Below are positions 55,101 through 64,000 of a stretch of 64,000 bases of DNA, one piece after another. Source of the DNA: Oopsacas minuta (Eukaryota; Animalia; Porifera); NCBI GenBank assembly GCA_024704765.1, contig JAKMXF010000244.1:487905-551904 (forward strand), given 5' to 3'. Each line of letters starts with the position of its first letter. Position 1 is the stretch's first letter. The position numbers and the translations under genes are program-made. Under the pieces are notes generated by a model. The model made no database searches. It saw only the letters and a program-made list of their open reading frames with translations, and was not told the DNA's origin.

Positions 55101-56178
55101 CAAAATTCACACCTATGACGAAATTATCACGTCATTTCACCTTTTGGAATTTCGAAAATCACATTATTAACCAATGCTCTGCCAATATACAATATAGAAG
55201 TTTTCCCATATAAAAAAAAGCGTCTAAAACCATTTCGTACACTACCATGATACCACCGTACGTTGACATATCCCAGGTAAATCTTTTTGTAGACCTCGTA
55301 TAAGGACTAAGGTATATGAAACTTAGAGTGACCGAGCACGAGCATAGATTTACAATAATTTACTATCAAATATACCAGTCATAATTCAGGATATTTGTTT
55401 AAAATAACGTTATACATCGATCTATAAATCTAGCGAACCCTGAGGAGCACTGATCCAGATTATGACCAGGTATAGCATTTGGTAAACACACCATAAAAAA
55501 TAACTTAAGTTTCTTGCGGGTATAATCAAAAGGTTCCTACAAATTGTGCGAAGTTCAGTTACTGGTAATAGAATACAATCAAATGTATGTCAGCACCAAA
55601 TTAGGAATAAACATAAACTTTGAAACACGAATATGAATCAAACCTTTAAAAGATGAGTTAGATGGATCGAGGAAAATCCCACAATCAGAGGAAGGATAGG
55701 AAGATATATTGTTTTTGCTTCCCCTGGAATGAGGATTAATTGGAGAAACTTCAGGAAAAATTGTATTATCTATAGCAGCTTGTACGATGTGAGATGAATA
55801 GGGATTCAAAAACGGCGAAATTTCACAAAGTCCTCGAAAAAACGAACAAATCAATGATTTAACAATCTCATGAGGTAGAGACTTAGGTAATTTTGTCGTA
55901 AATTCCAAAGACAATATACAAAAATCAAGTAATCGTGAACAAGTATCTAATATAGGATCTACATCAGTGCTGTAGCTCAAATTAGAAATAATATTCACAA
56001 AACGTTGACAACAGTCAAGTAAGCAAATGAGTCTGTTAAGGTCGATCCAGTAATCAATTTCTTCAAGACGACTTTCATCCGAACATATATAGTCACAGAA
56101 TTCAGACAATAATGAATAAGTAATTGGACATGGATTACTACAATGTGAGGGTATAAGGAATTTTCTTAAACCCTCCAT
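850..56178 (-). CDS. UBR4: UBR4/p600-like E3 ubiquitin ligase, 5' part, spliced and continuing beyond the left edge
   Basis: Seven exons with GT-AG ends and mutually compatible phases. Segments resemble metazoan UBR4 as I recall it: ILDTCSRLLDFCILSLE..FFRGLC; KWPLFLSETMLFVLSK..DDVNFLHIQLFL..RLVLLLEY; LLVLANAI..TCQFMLISILPLG; GELLILKAVSSWLPRCK. Confidence 0.8.
5274..6608 (+). mobile_element. Full-length mariner (DD34D) with a frameshifted transposase
   Basis: Imperfect TIRs (taagggggttcaataagtcttgcgggt / acccgcaagacttattgaatgccctag), TA on both sides, 1335 bp. Motifs WVPHKL, TGDETW, DNASSH and HPP(Y)SPDLAPCDF, with 34 residues between the last two D after repairing a 1-bp deletion. Confidence 0.95.
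7781..11085 (+). mobile_element. Full-length Transib / RAG1-core-like transposon, decayed (Transib-1)
   Basis: Left end CCCAGTGGTTTA; right end (reverse complement) CACAGTGATTTA; identical 5-bp flanks TATTG (7776-7780, 11086-11090). Transposase ~8455-10630 with GLDGSG, MF(V)GK, CQMC, PLH, GNVARR, LHKLLA(H), SEEGTESCNKLIRKYR; several stops and frameshifts. Confidence 0.9.
9881..9944 (+). other. Spliceosomal intron (64 bp, phase 2) within the Transib-1 transposase
   Basis: AG|GTAAGT ... ttttAG|G; removal gives LHSYTGVFR-WYNFLVYHL, collinear with the uninterrupted LHSCLRILDWFLNLIY of Transib-3. Confidence 0.85.
11411..11488. repeat. Short inverted repeat (MITE-like remnant)
   Basis: agtggcactattaatcggagg / cctccgaataatactgccact, 19/21 complementary, 36-nt spacer. 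Confidence 0.6.
12412..12645 (-). CDS. UBR4: Candidate UBR4 exon (symmetric, phase 1-1)
   Basis: Open frame with accAG acceptor and GTGTTT donor, phase-compatible with both neighbours; no UBR4 similarity that I recognise. Confidence 0.4.
13314..16857 (-). CDS. UBR4: UBR4 large exon (3544 bp)
   Basis: 1180-aa ORF, frame still open upstream to the ctcctcAG acceptor (16858-16859); donor GTAACC at 13313; contains the clearest UBR4-like motifs. Confidence 0.88.
16963..17080 (-). CDS. UBR4: UBR4 small exon (118 bp)
   Basis: Acceptor at 17081-17082, donor GTAATA at 16962; open frame PNIIEYTIQQ..LTLNYLSK; phase 2 in, phase 0 out, matching both neighbours. Confidence 0.65.
17465..17810. mobile_element. 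MITE with ~70-bp terminal inverted repeats
   Basis: tctgtgttactccattatgtat..tgtgtagagcatatctcgttgactt is mirrored by aagtcaacgagatatgctctacaca..atacataatggggtaacacaga; TA follows the right end. Confidence 0.85.
18222..21945 (+). mobile_element. Ty3/Gypsy LTR-retrotransposon internal region, degenerate, no LTRs found
   Basis: Order: gag with Zn knuckles (RCYVCGEAG), protease LDTG (~19040), RT (DYRELN, PLGLCKAPATFQR, YVDD ~20127), RNase H (VQVDAS), integrase (HSQHHIG, MDIG, AYHPQ..ERN). Many stops and frameshifts. Confidence 0.92.
19835..19926. mobile_element. 92-bp hAT MITE inserted in the Gypsy RT
   Basis: TIRs tagggatgggacgg / ccatcccatcccta with perfect 8-bp TSD ATCATTAC; removal restores FDKFAGNHYFSK.DIASAYW. 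Confidence 0.95.
21945..23820 (+). mobile_element. 5'-truncated Transib/RAG1-like element (Transib-2)
   Basis: Peptides LESLLNCIRK..QFLANE, SDFVLF..IIWKN, RWFNLSIYHL, YPWVNITPRLQKILAH and SEEGLEACNK match Transib-1; right end taaaccactgtc (reverse complement GACAGTGGTTTA). Confidence 0.85.
23839..26574 (+). mobile_element. hAT element with a ZMYM1/DUF4371-type transposase (Tip100-like), decayed
   Basis: TIRs cagtggcgtagc / gctacgccactg; flanks atacaagg / aacaagg; motifs AFRGH, DDNFRAALRL, LADES, ETRWVERH, SERSFSTLKRVKTYLRNTM. Confidence 0.92.
26600..27000 (+). mobile_element. Mariner transposase fragment (a second family)
   Basis: STVQRWYNEF..LEDALRFGRP and ELCVRKLCAQWI..EQK. Confidence 0.7.
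27037..27115 (+). mobile_element. Helitron-like 3' end
   Basis: ggagcactaagctcgcacagcaacctagcgagcaaagtgcgCTAG|t, homologous to 49546-49626. Confidence 0.5.
27641..27965 (+). mobile_element. Tc1/mariner-like 5' fragment
   Basis: TA|ccggtgggccaaagaac end followed by an HTH-like peptide PVKSRIQDWVKRF..NSKSENRASHSG. Confidence 0.55.
28913..29095. mobile_element. pogo/Tigger-like MITE (183 bp)
   Basis: TA|cagtagagtctcgtta ... taatgagagtctactg|TA; tccggataaggagta repeated internally. Confidence 0.85.
29945..30252 (+). repeat. Dispersed repeat; inverted copy at ~38110-38445
   Basis: Shared blocks ttggaggatcatact, gtccaatagaaatc, aatttccagccgttt, acaacattccatt and tatcgagtgaccc. Confidence 0.75.
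33079..36786 (+). mobile_element. Transib/RAG1-core-like transposon (Transib-3), both ends present
   Basis: Ends CACAATGGGCTACTA / (reverse complement) CACAGTGGGCTATTA, 13/15 identical. Transposase 33765-36499 with HGLDGSG, MFDGK, CIAC, TGNMAR, LHKFLAH, SEEGLEQGHKLIR and C-terminal CSTCGQVGHQNNC; frameshifted. TSD imperfect (agagt vs tcaagt). Confidence 0.92.
34144..34650. mobile_element. 507-bp hAT MITE inside the Transib-3 transposase
   Basis: 16-bp perfect TIR ctagggtgcgacccgt, TSD aagataag / aagacaag, subterminal cgggc repeats; removal restores SKKTRLD, matching QQRTRLS of Transib-1. Confidence 0.95.
38546..38858 (-). CDS. UBR4: UBR4 exon (313 bp)
   Basis: Tandem acceptor ttttAGAG, donor GTAAGT at 38545; phase 1 in, phase 2 out. 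LDACDNFASFLHSS..HVEKNFRL resembles the recalled UBR4 segment LEIYDMIGQAISSS..HYQNFQL. Confidence 0.72.
40270..41125 (+). mobile_element. Chapaev3 (CMC) transposase 5' fragment
   Basis: From ATG 40510: CRTHPDNFCYVCG..LGDQDKSWAPHVICTSC..VWRKQKNHLDDCYF..ELNDLVRNLDLSKDKAELLASRLKQKNLL. Confidence 0.9.
41135..41590 (+). mobile_element. P-element/THAP9-like transposase C-terminal fragment
   Basis: ALAFISDYAA..LCNEC..LIQLSDLGRLKWPS and CSQC..NCFLNN resemble the P-type C-terminal pattern. Confidence 0.5.
42470..42990 (+). mobile_element. hAT (DUF4371) transposase fragment
   Basis: GPNNVKYTHHLIQDDIL..ADETKDLAKVKQLSLCLRYV..KER. Confidence 0.8.
43110..45045 (+). mobile_element. Chapaev3 element, decayed, right end intact
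   Basis: GCKNSADSFCYICGEF, FGVPMIWREQRDHTTDCYFC, GLQSGYAKYCCFLCLWDSR, LKLHFLMSHLKFFPENLGEVSDEQGE; ends aaaatttgttggacagtg. Confidence 0.9.
46661..47071 (-). CDS. UBR4: UBR4 exon 2 (411 bp)
   Basis: Acceptor cttctttAG at 47072-47073, donor GTATTG; phase 1-1; IKRVCILYNLKYLQ..LLSLI and LMSIPVLFDTSPESI resemble the UBR4 N-terminal region. Confidence 0.8.
47514..48380. repeat. GC-richer segment with convergent short-motif arrays (probable non-autonomous DNA element)
   Basis: cacaactggYcc at 47586, 47641 and 47800; inverse ccagtta(t) motifs at ~47970-48030; cccagaatat/atattctggg hairpin. Confidence 0.5.
49030..49626 (+). mobile_element. Helitron-like non-autonomous element
   Basis: 3' end gcacggcgacctagcaagcgaagcgtaCTAG|t; the 5' ~190 bp recurs at ~55020-55200 and the 3' ~80 bp at 27037-27115. 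Confidence 0.55.
49666..49789. mobile_element. Small MITE with ~25-bp TIRs
   Basis: gggacgcatgcattagtccaaatt / aatttggactaacgcatgcgcccc; no clear TSD; next to a (TA)n tract at ~49630-49651. Confidence 0.65.
52704..52887. mobile_element. 184-bp hAT MITE
   Basis: TIRs cagtgtttccccca / tgtgggaaacgctg (12/14); TSD tcaacacc / tcaagacc. Confidence 0.85.
55644..56178 (-). CDS. UBR4: UBR4 first coding exon (535 bp)
   Basis: ATG at 56178-56176, donor GTTTGA at 55643; resembles the UBR4 N-terminus. The ttAG immediately before the ATG could be an acceptor for an upstream exon. Confidence 0.78.
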
Positions 56179-56453
56179 CTAAGAATTGGAATAATAAACA
56201 AATAATTAAAATAGTAATACATTTAGATAAATAGGAGTACAAAATTGAATTTTAGCAAAACAATTGGCGTCTGAAGGTAACTGCAAATCTAATCGACGCA
56301 AAACATAGAGCTATATATATACTGAAGGAATATTTGAAATCGTAATGAACCAAAATTTTGATAACGATACTCACGTATTCGATCTCAAACATTTAGTCTA
56401 GATTATCCAAATAATGTCAGCACAGCAGGCCAGAATATTACCTTGTCCTAGAA

Positions 56454-59400
56454 CAGTAGTTTTCAACCAGTGGATTCGTGGAAGGTACAACTTTTACTGA
56501 ATTTTAGTGATTCTATTACTATTAATTTGTGGCTAGTATCGCATTACGTAATTAGAAACCCCATTGTCATAAGACATTTCTAGGCCTTTCAACTTTAACA
56601 AGTCCTTTCTAATCGAATTCTTACTTAAATGGCAACTAAACGTGCTCCGAAACATGCTTAATCAGATGATTATCTGAAATTTGTATTTACGAGTATTGTA
56701 TTGCAGGTATTGAAAAACCACAATGCGTGATATGTCTGAAAATGATATTTGCAGAGTCAATGAAGCTGTTTCAGCATAAAAGTCATTTTGAGAAAGAAGA
56801 TCCAATATACAATGACCGAGAAGTTTCTATCTTCCAAAGACAATCCCGATCTGTCACTAGGAATTGTTAAATCTACGAAACTCCATACTATTGGTTAGGG
56901 ATGGGACGGTACTCCGCATCCGCATCCGCGGATACGCGTATTATGCATATCCGTCCTTATTTTCCAACTGTAATAGGAACCAATCAGATTTGTAATTGGG
57001 TAATATGCACTTAAATATTATTATTTGCCCATCACGTTTACACTACTATAAGATTGATATTACATTTAACACCTACAATTATATTTATTCCTGCTTTATT
57101 TCCTTAATTAATGGCCTCAATTTTCAGATTCAACAGTTTGATCTGGAAATATTTTTCTCGCGACAGTTCTCATGGCAACCGTGCTACCTGTAATATTTGC
57201 AAAAAATCTTGCTCTCGTGCTGGTAATTCTACTACACCTCTTAAACCATCTCCGTTCGATTTAGAAGAAAGAATACCAGGAGTACGAATTGCTTTTGGAA
57301 GAACGAGAGCAAGAGTACAGTAGTTAAACCATCGTCTGAGATGGCTTTGGCAAAGTTTGAGACGAAGAAACAAATCACGATGGAGAAAGTAATTGACCGT
57401 AATCTGCAGTGGGATAATTCTCATGCGAAGTCAATCCAATTATACAAATTGATTGGGGAAATGATTACACTTGATGATTTGCCATTTAGTCATGTTGAAG
57501 ATATTGGTTTTATTATGTTTGTCCATAAGCTAGCGCCTCTCTACAACCTGAAGACACGAAAGTATTACAGCGAAAAGATAATGCCTGATATTTATGAATC
57601 TGTATCGAACAAGGTGTGTGATTTCCTCTCTGATTACATCAAGCTCTCTTTCACTACCGACATCTGGACAAACGACTCGGCTAAGGTTTGCTTGATGAGC
57701 CTCACTGCACATTGCATCGACGTAAACTTCAAACGAAAAAAGTTTGTTCTATGTGCTACTGAATTGGATGAACGCCACACAGGCGAATTTATTAACGAAA
57801 TGTTTATCGGAATGCTCGAGCGGTGGAGTATCCCTTTTGGAAAGGTTCATGTGGTGTTACCGGACGCTGGAGCGACATGAATAAAGCAATGAAAATTGCT
57901 GGCATTCCAAGCTTCGACTGCGCGAACCACCAAATCCATCTCGTCGTTACAGAGGCAGTTAAGAGCCAGCGTACCATAATCGATTGCATTGCTCGTGTTC
58001 GTAAGATATCGGGACACTTTAACCATTCCCCTACCGCTCAGGCTGATCTGAAAAGGATTCAAAAAGCATAACTAGATAAGGAAACTGTTTGATTCCTATC
58101 CAAGATGTGTCTACACGTTGGAACACCCTACATGACATGTTGATACGTCACGGTGAGCAAGGGATGCTTTACGGATGTATAGCTGAAACATAGAATTGAA
58201 GAGTACTGACTTCGAATTGATTCAGAAAATAACAAACACACTTAAGGGATTCAAACTGATTACCGAGAAACTCAGTGGATCTTACGCAAATATGAGTGAT
58301 CTTTTTGTTCTAGTGAAATCGCTCATGTTATCTCTTGCAGATAGTGAAGATCCAATATTTTTCCGGGATCAAATCATTTCGCCTGACACTGAGAGATGAA
58401 CTCAAACGTCGAATGGATGGTCTTGAGAACAATGGCATCGTTGCAATCTCAATCTTTCTCGATTCGAGGTTCAAAGAAGCACTTTTCTTCAAGGTATATA
58501 TGCCAAGAGGTGCGACGTAAAGTGGCAGATGCAGTTCAGAATTTGGATTTGAAAATCAGGAATGTTGAGAGCAATGAAGTTATTCCTGTGTCAAAGCATT
58601 ACAAGCCGTCGCGTGGAAGTGGGTTAATGGATATCCTTGCCATGCTTAACTAGAGCGACGATGATGAAGACGACAGACAAATACTCCAATAGTTGATTCA
58701 ATTAACCAATACGTTGCTGAACTACGTATTCCTTCCGATACTGATCCCTTGCTTGGTGGAAAATGAATAAGCATCGATTTGTATCGTTGAGAAAATTGGA
58801 GCTATTTTCCTTTCTGCGCCACTAACCGTGTACCATCTGAGCAGCTGTTCGGCAGTGCTGGAATCACATATGAACCAACGCGGAACAGTTTAAGTCATGA
58901 CAAAGCAGAAGTGCTCCTTTATTGAAATAAAATTTATGCTTACTGAAGTTTGAGTATCAGATTTATAGAACATAAAGCTTGTATTTTGTTTTGATTATTG
59001 TTTAGACTTTAGAGTATAATACAGAGAATCAATATATGCTGTATCGAGTAAATTAGAAATACAATATTGTGTGTCCTGTAATGTTGAAATACACATCTGC
59101 ATCCACGGAGGTTCAAAATTCCACATCCGCATCCGCGGATATGGAAAATCTCACACCCCGTCCCATCCCTACTATTGGTGAAGCTAGTTTTGCACTTCAC
59201 GAAAGATATAGTGCACCTAATGAGTAGAGCAGATGCAGTAAACAAAAATGCTGTCATTTTCTTTATAACACTGTTCAGCGCGCAAAATTCAGGGAATGTT
59301 ACAGGATAATAAGAACAAAGTTGTGGAGCAAATTAAAGTCACAAATCTATGTTTTGCAATCAGATGAGTCAACTGATGTTCTTCTTGTGCCAGCTGATGA

Positions 59401-59950
59401 TATGTGTACGTTATATCCACAACTTCAAAGAATAGTTCGTGTTTTGTCAGCCACTTGATTTTCAAACACTTGGAAAGGATGTTTTCAATAAGGTAGACAC
59501 CTATTTTTGTACAAGAAGATCTCGATTGGAGAAAGGTTAGGGCTGTTTTCATAGATGGCGCTCCTTCAATATTGGGAAGCGATTCACTGTTCAAAGCACG
59601 CGTTAGACAGGTTGTCCCAGATGTGATAACAAATCACTCCATGATTCACCGAGGAGCCCTTGCAGCGAAGACTTTGCCAGCGCCGCTAAATGTTATCTTG
59701 GCGGAGGTAATTAATATAGTCAATTTCGTTAAAAGTAGTGCTCTCTACACTAGTCTCTTTAGAAATCTTTCTTTAGATATGGATGCTGTGCGTATGAATC
59801 TATTATATCAAACTAAAGTTAGATGGCTTTCAAAGGCAATGTTTTTAAAAGTGTTCAAGACCTCAAGAAAGAAACAACAGAATTTTTAAACTCCAAAAGC
59901 GGACGCATTAGCATGATTTATTCGAAAATCACGAACGGATTTCTAGACTT
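56454..59950 (+). mobile_element. Charlie/Buster-type hAT (FAM200/ZBED8-like transposase), decayed and interrupted
   Basis: Left end cagtagttttcaacc after tcctagaa (NTCTAGAN-like); KPQCVICL..ESMK, HTIGE (split by the insertion), LQSDESTD, HSMIHRGALAAKTLP, VRWLS; right end not found. Confidence 0.85.
56896..59171 (+). mobile_element. hAT with a BED-finger (ZBED1/4-like) transposase, disrupted
   Basis: 14-bp perfect TIR tagggatgggacgg, perfect 8-bp TSD CTATTGGT; IWKYF..ATCNICKK, FTTDIWT, SLTAHCID, CANHQIHLVV, TRWN. Confidence 0.96.
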
Positions 59951-60329
59951 TGTTATCTTTGTGATATTTTAAGGATTTTGTAGACAGCTTTCTACCTTTC
60001 AAGCGATGTTGACCTCTGGAGAAACAAGATAAATTGCAGTAGAATTGAGGCATTAAAAAGTACAGTACACATGTGAATAAGCTATAATACACATGTACAT
60101 TATAAAGCTGAATAGTTATACACTTAAAAATGCCTTATTATGCAAAAATCAATCCACCAAGCAAGATTTGGTACAAGAAATATTGAATAAAGAGTTTGCG
60201 AGTGCAGAGACCACTGTTAAGTCTTCTATATAATATAATACTTTAACTACGAATCTACAATATAACAATTACTGCCAGAAGAGAAACACGAAAACCAGAT
60301 GTATGGTACTACGGAAATACATGTAACTG

Positions 60330-63066
60330 GAGCCGTATTCACTAAGCATACTTAAGTACTAAGTACATATTCAAACCGTATTCGCTAAGATTGGTATCCA
60401 CCAAAATTTAAGCTCATACTTAAGTATGTACTTAAGTACAAAAGTTAAGTAACCTACCGAGGTTGCTTAAGTTATTCGAGCTCTATTTTAAGTATCTAAA
60501 CATATTATATTTATCGACAATATTGATGTAATCACTTCATCCACTCGTTTTCTTTGATTAATTCATACTTTCACTATAAATTATGATTTTCTATGATGTT
60601 ACAATATGACTAAATCGTATATCTAAAGGCTGCAGTTGATCTTTTTCTAAAATTCTCTGCTTTTTATGACGGGAATACCCTCTGCTTTCAATCAGCTGTA
60701 GTTGAGCCGAGAATACTTCCATCTGTTTAAGAAGCACTTCTCGTTGCAGAGGAAGTAAATCAGAGACCGATGTTGACTGTTCGATGTTCTTCTTACGCCT
60801 ACGCTATCCCTCTGGAAGACTGTTAACTACAGTAACTTCTTCTGGTCCCTCAAACACTGGCGTTACTTCTCTGCTTTCGCTAATCTCAGTGTGTGAAGGC
60901 AATGCTGTTGGGGCTTGAAACATATCAACACTACCACATATTCCAGTGAACGCTGGCGTACTTGAGAACCTCTGTGATACTCTCTCCGTCACAGATGTGG
61001 ATAATTCCCTATCGGAGCTAAGGATCCGGATGTCTTCATCCTCCACTTCACCAGCTTCATTTGGCCCTCCTCCTGTCCTCCTCGCTTCCCTTCGACTGGA
61101 ATCCACACGGGCTTTTGCGGAACCTTTTAGATTGTTCCACTTCTTCTTTATATCTTTCACATCTCGGTTGTTGCCATGGATGGAATTGATTTTCTTCATA
61201 ACGTTGTTCCAAAGCCTCGTCTTTTTTGTTTATCTCCGCGCACTGACCAGCAATACCTCTCAATATATCTCCAGCATCCTGGATTGCCTCAATGAGTGTA
61301 TACTCCTCCTCCTTTGTCCAATTTACTTTGCGACCTTTGTCCATACTCTTGCTTTGGAATATCAATAACCTCCATTAATTTATAGTTTTCATAATGCAAC
61401 AACTAGCTCCCAATTCAAGTGCGATACTTGATACATTTCACAAGTAAATATCCCAACCTCAAATACCAACACCCTACTTAGATGTTTCAAAACTACAATT
61501 TCCATGTTACCTAATAATCACTAACTGTGCAAAATGTTTTACATATCTACATCACAACATATATGCTAGTGAATTTAGTTGCTGAAATTATGAATAGAAA
61601 ATTGATCCCTGCAATGCTTTGATGCCAAATGCCCAACAGTTTCTTCAAAGTCAAGAACATCATCCGGATAGGAATCATCGGAGACTTCATCTTCTAAGAG
61701 AGGTTGTTTCCACTGTATTGCTATGTTCTGCAATACTGCACAAGCAACTATGATGGGCAAACTTTATCTGGACTCATCCTGAGCGCTCCATGAAGACAGT
61801 GGAATCTTCGTTTCCATCGCCCAAATGTCTGTTCAACAATAACCCTTGTCCTCTTATGTGCATAGTTGTAGTTAGATTGGGGAGTAGATATTGGTTGGCG
61901 ATAAGGAGTGAGTAAATATGGCCTCATCATGTAACCGCTATCTCCTAATATATGCTCCCCTATTGAAAAGGTATTTTCAACATGCATTCCAACACCTGAA
62001 ATCGTCCAAATCCGTGAATCGTGAACAGACCCAGGAAAACATGCCAATACATCACTAAACATTCCATCTGGTTGGCAAATAGCTTGGACATTAATGGAGT
62101 GGTAAAAATGCCGATTTATATAATCTGCTTCATTTTCCGAGGGTCTTTGGATTCGTATGTGTGTTCCGTCAACTAATCCTAGTACGCCTAGAAAGTGAGC
62201 AATCTCATAAAACTTGTTTTTGACTTCTACCCTCTTGAGACCACCAGGCAAACTAACAAACTGATGGTATATAGCTTACAACCCAGAGAAACATCTCGGA
62301 TATAACGAGAGGCAGACGCTTGGCTTACGTTTATCCCATCTCCACAAATTATCTGGAACGTTCCAGAAGCGAAAAATCGAAGTGCCACACAAACTTGCAA
62401 GTGAGGGGAAGCAGCATAAGAACGCTCGGTGAAATTCAAATAGTTAGTTACCAACTCTGTAATTTTAGATATTGAAACTCTAGAGAAACGGAAACGTCGA
62501 ACAAGTTCCATATCATCATAACAATCTAGGGGATCATTGAGATCCCTGAAAACTCGTTGACGTGCCATTAAGGAAGAGGTTTCTTCTTCTGCGAGAAATA
62601 GTGGAATCATCTGTGCCATTTGTTTATATTAAAATACTTGAGTATTTATATATTATATTTGATTATAAATTGTATTTAGCAAAACATTCATTAGTGTAAC
62701 TTGGAATGTATAATTCAGAATGATATTATTTAACATTACGTACAAAGTAATGCATTCATTAGTAACAGATATGTTATATCGTAAGCTTTCGAGGCATTCC
62801 TTGCAACATTATTTGTGGAATATTTCATGAACGTAAACCACAATATTATCGTGAGATCATGCATAATACATGAAAAAAGTTTTGAAAATATATTCCTGAA
62901 TGATTGAAAGTAATTCTGTAAAGCAATCCATCAGAAACTCACAAATTCATGAATATAAGTGATACTTAAGTACGTACTTAACTCTTAGTGAATACGACTT
63001 AAGTATGTACTTAACTAAGTACATACTTAGTACTTAAGTACTAAGTATGCTTAGTGAATACGGTGG
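60330..63066 (-). mobile_element. PIF/Harbinger element with a HARBI1-like nuclease and a Myb/SANT-like ORF2
   Basis: TIRs ..ccgtattcactaagcatactta, 3-bp TSD CTG. Nuclease ~62619-61575 (GLVDGTHIRI, FPGSVHDSRI, LGDSGY, VEQTFGRWKRRFHCL); ORF2 ~61365-60720 (RKVNWTKEEEYTL, KKWNNLK). Both are frameshifted. Confidence 0.95.
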
Positions 63067-63443
63067 CTGGTAACTATCAAAACAGTTAGACAACTGGATA
63101 TTTGTCCCTTATTTCCTTGATTTGGTTTGAGAAACTAGCTTGCCCATGTTCTTCTGCCAACAAACTTCAGATAAGTGAGGATCAAAAGTATAGGATTAGT
63201 TGTTGTACAATTCCTGAGCCGTTTCTTCGCTCCATCCCATATACTCTCAACTGTTTGGGTATGTACAGTACATTATACACCTGTAGTAGGAGGATCAATA
63301 AAATTGAGGTATGATTCATGGTAAAAAACTTGCAGCAGGGATAGAATGATACGAAGCCCATTCGTCAGAAAATATGGTATCCCGAGGAAGAATATATCGT
63401 TGGATGAGAGAGATTTAACGTTGCTGCTGACCCGCCTTCAACG

Positions 63444-64000
63444 TAGTGGCGTATCCAAGGGGGATTTGGGTGTTCAAACACCCCCCTCATACCTGGTTTC
63501 CTAAAGGGATATGTTGTCTATCAAACTTGTCTACCAAGCACCCTAAGTCATGCCTTTCGACATGCTAGCACTATGTTTCCCAACATTGGAACGTTGCTCT
63601 GTATTCTTTGCACATTGCCCTTTCCAGCTGTACGGTAGAGAGATCTTTTAGTTCTTTGAAACGAATAAAAACCTTCTTACGATCATCGATCGGGACGAAT
63701 CGCCTCACTGGATTAGCTCTTATGCTCATACACTATGACATTCCTGTCGATCTTTCTGAAGTCATTGACGAGTTTTCCAGACGATATCCCAGAAAACTCC
63801 AGATGACTAATGTATTAGCAGACTAATTATATTTTCACTAAATAGTATTAATTAAAAATTACGTAACAAAATCTAAACATAAACATCTAGAAACTTTGGT
63901 ACAACTGCACAATATTACACTCCTCCTACTATGTGACAAGAATAGCTGTAAATCGATGCTTGAGCATCTAAGATTCAAAAAATTTCTGGGGGCTTCCCAC
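63444..64000 (+). mobile_element. Internally deleted hAT element running off the window
   Basis: Left end tagtggcgtatccaaggggg, followed shortly by the dimerisation-domain peptide SSCTVERSFSSLKRIKTFLRS..RLTGLAL. Confidence 0.8.

Overview
AT-rich eukaryotic genomic window, probably from an animal; the species cannot be determined from the sequence. One host gene runs on the minus strand: the 5' part of a UBR4/p600-like E3 ligase. I can build a 7-exon, phase-consistent GT-AG model (56178-55644, 47071-46661, 38858-38546, 17080-16963, 16857-13314, 12645-12412, 1163-850; 5469 nt, 1823 codons) that leaves the window before the UBR box. By a rough tally of my own coordinates, about half of the window is decayed mobile DNA, almost all cut-and-paste transposons. 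These are mariner (DD34D), Tc1-like, Transib/RAG1-like, three hAT groups, Chapaev3, P-like, PIF/Harbinger, several MITEs, Helitron-like ends and one Gypsy remnant. The most notable signal is three Transib (RAG1-core-like) elements ending in RSS-heptamer-like CACAGTG termini. One is full length with a 5-bp TSD and a spliceosomal intron. Another is the middle layer of a three-level nest (hAT > Transib > hAT MITE). No RAG2-like partner, RNA gene or CRISPR array is supported. All transposases are disrupted. Protein family assignments rest on motifs recalled from memory and need BLAST/HMM confirmation.
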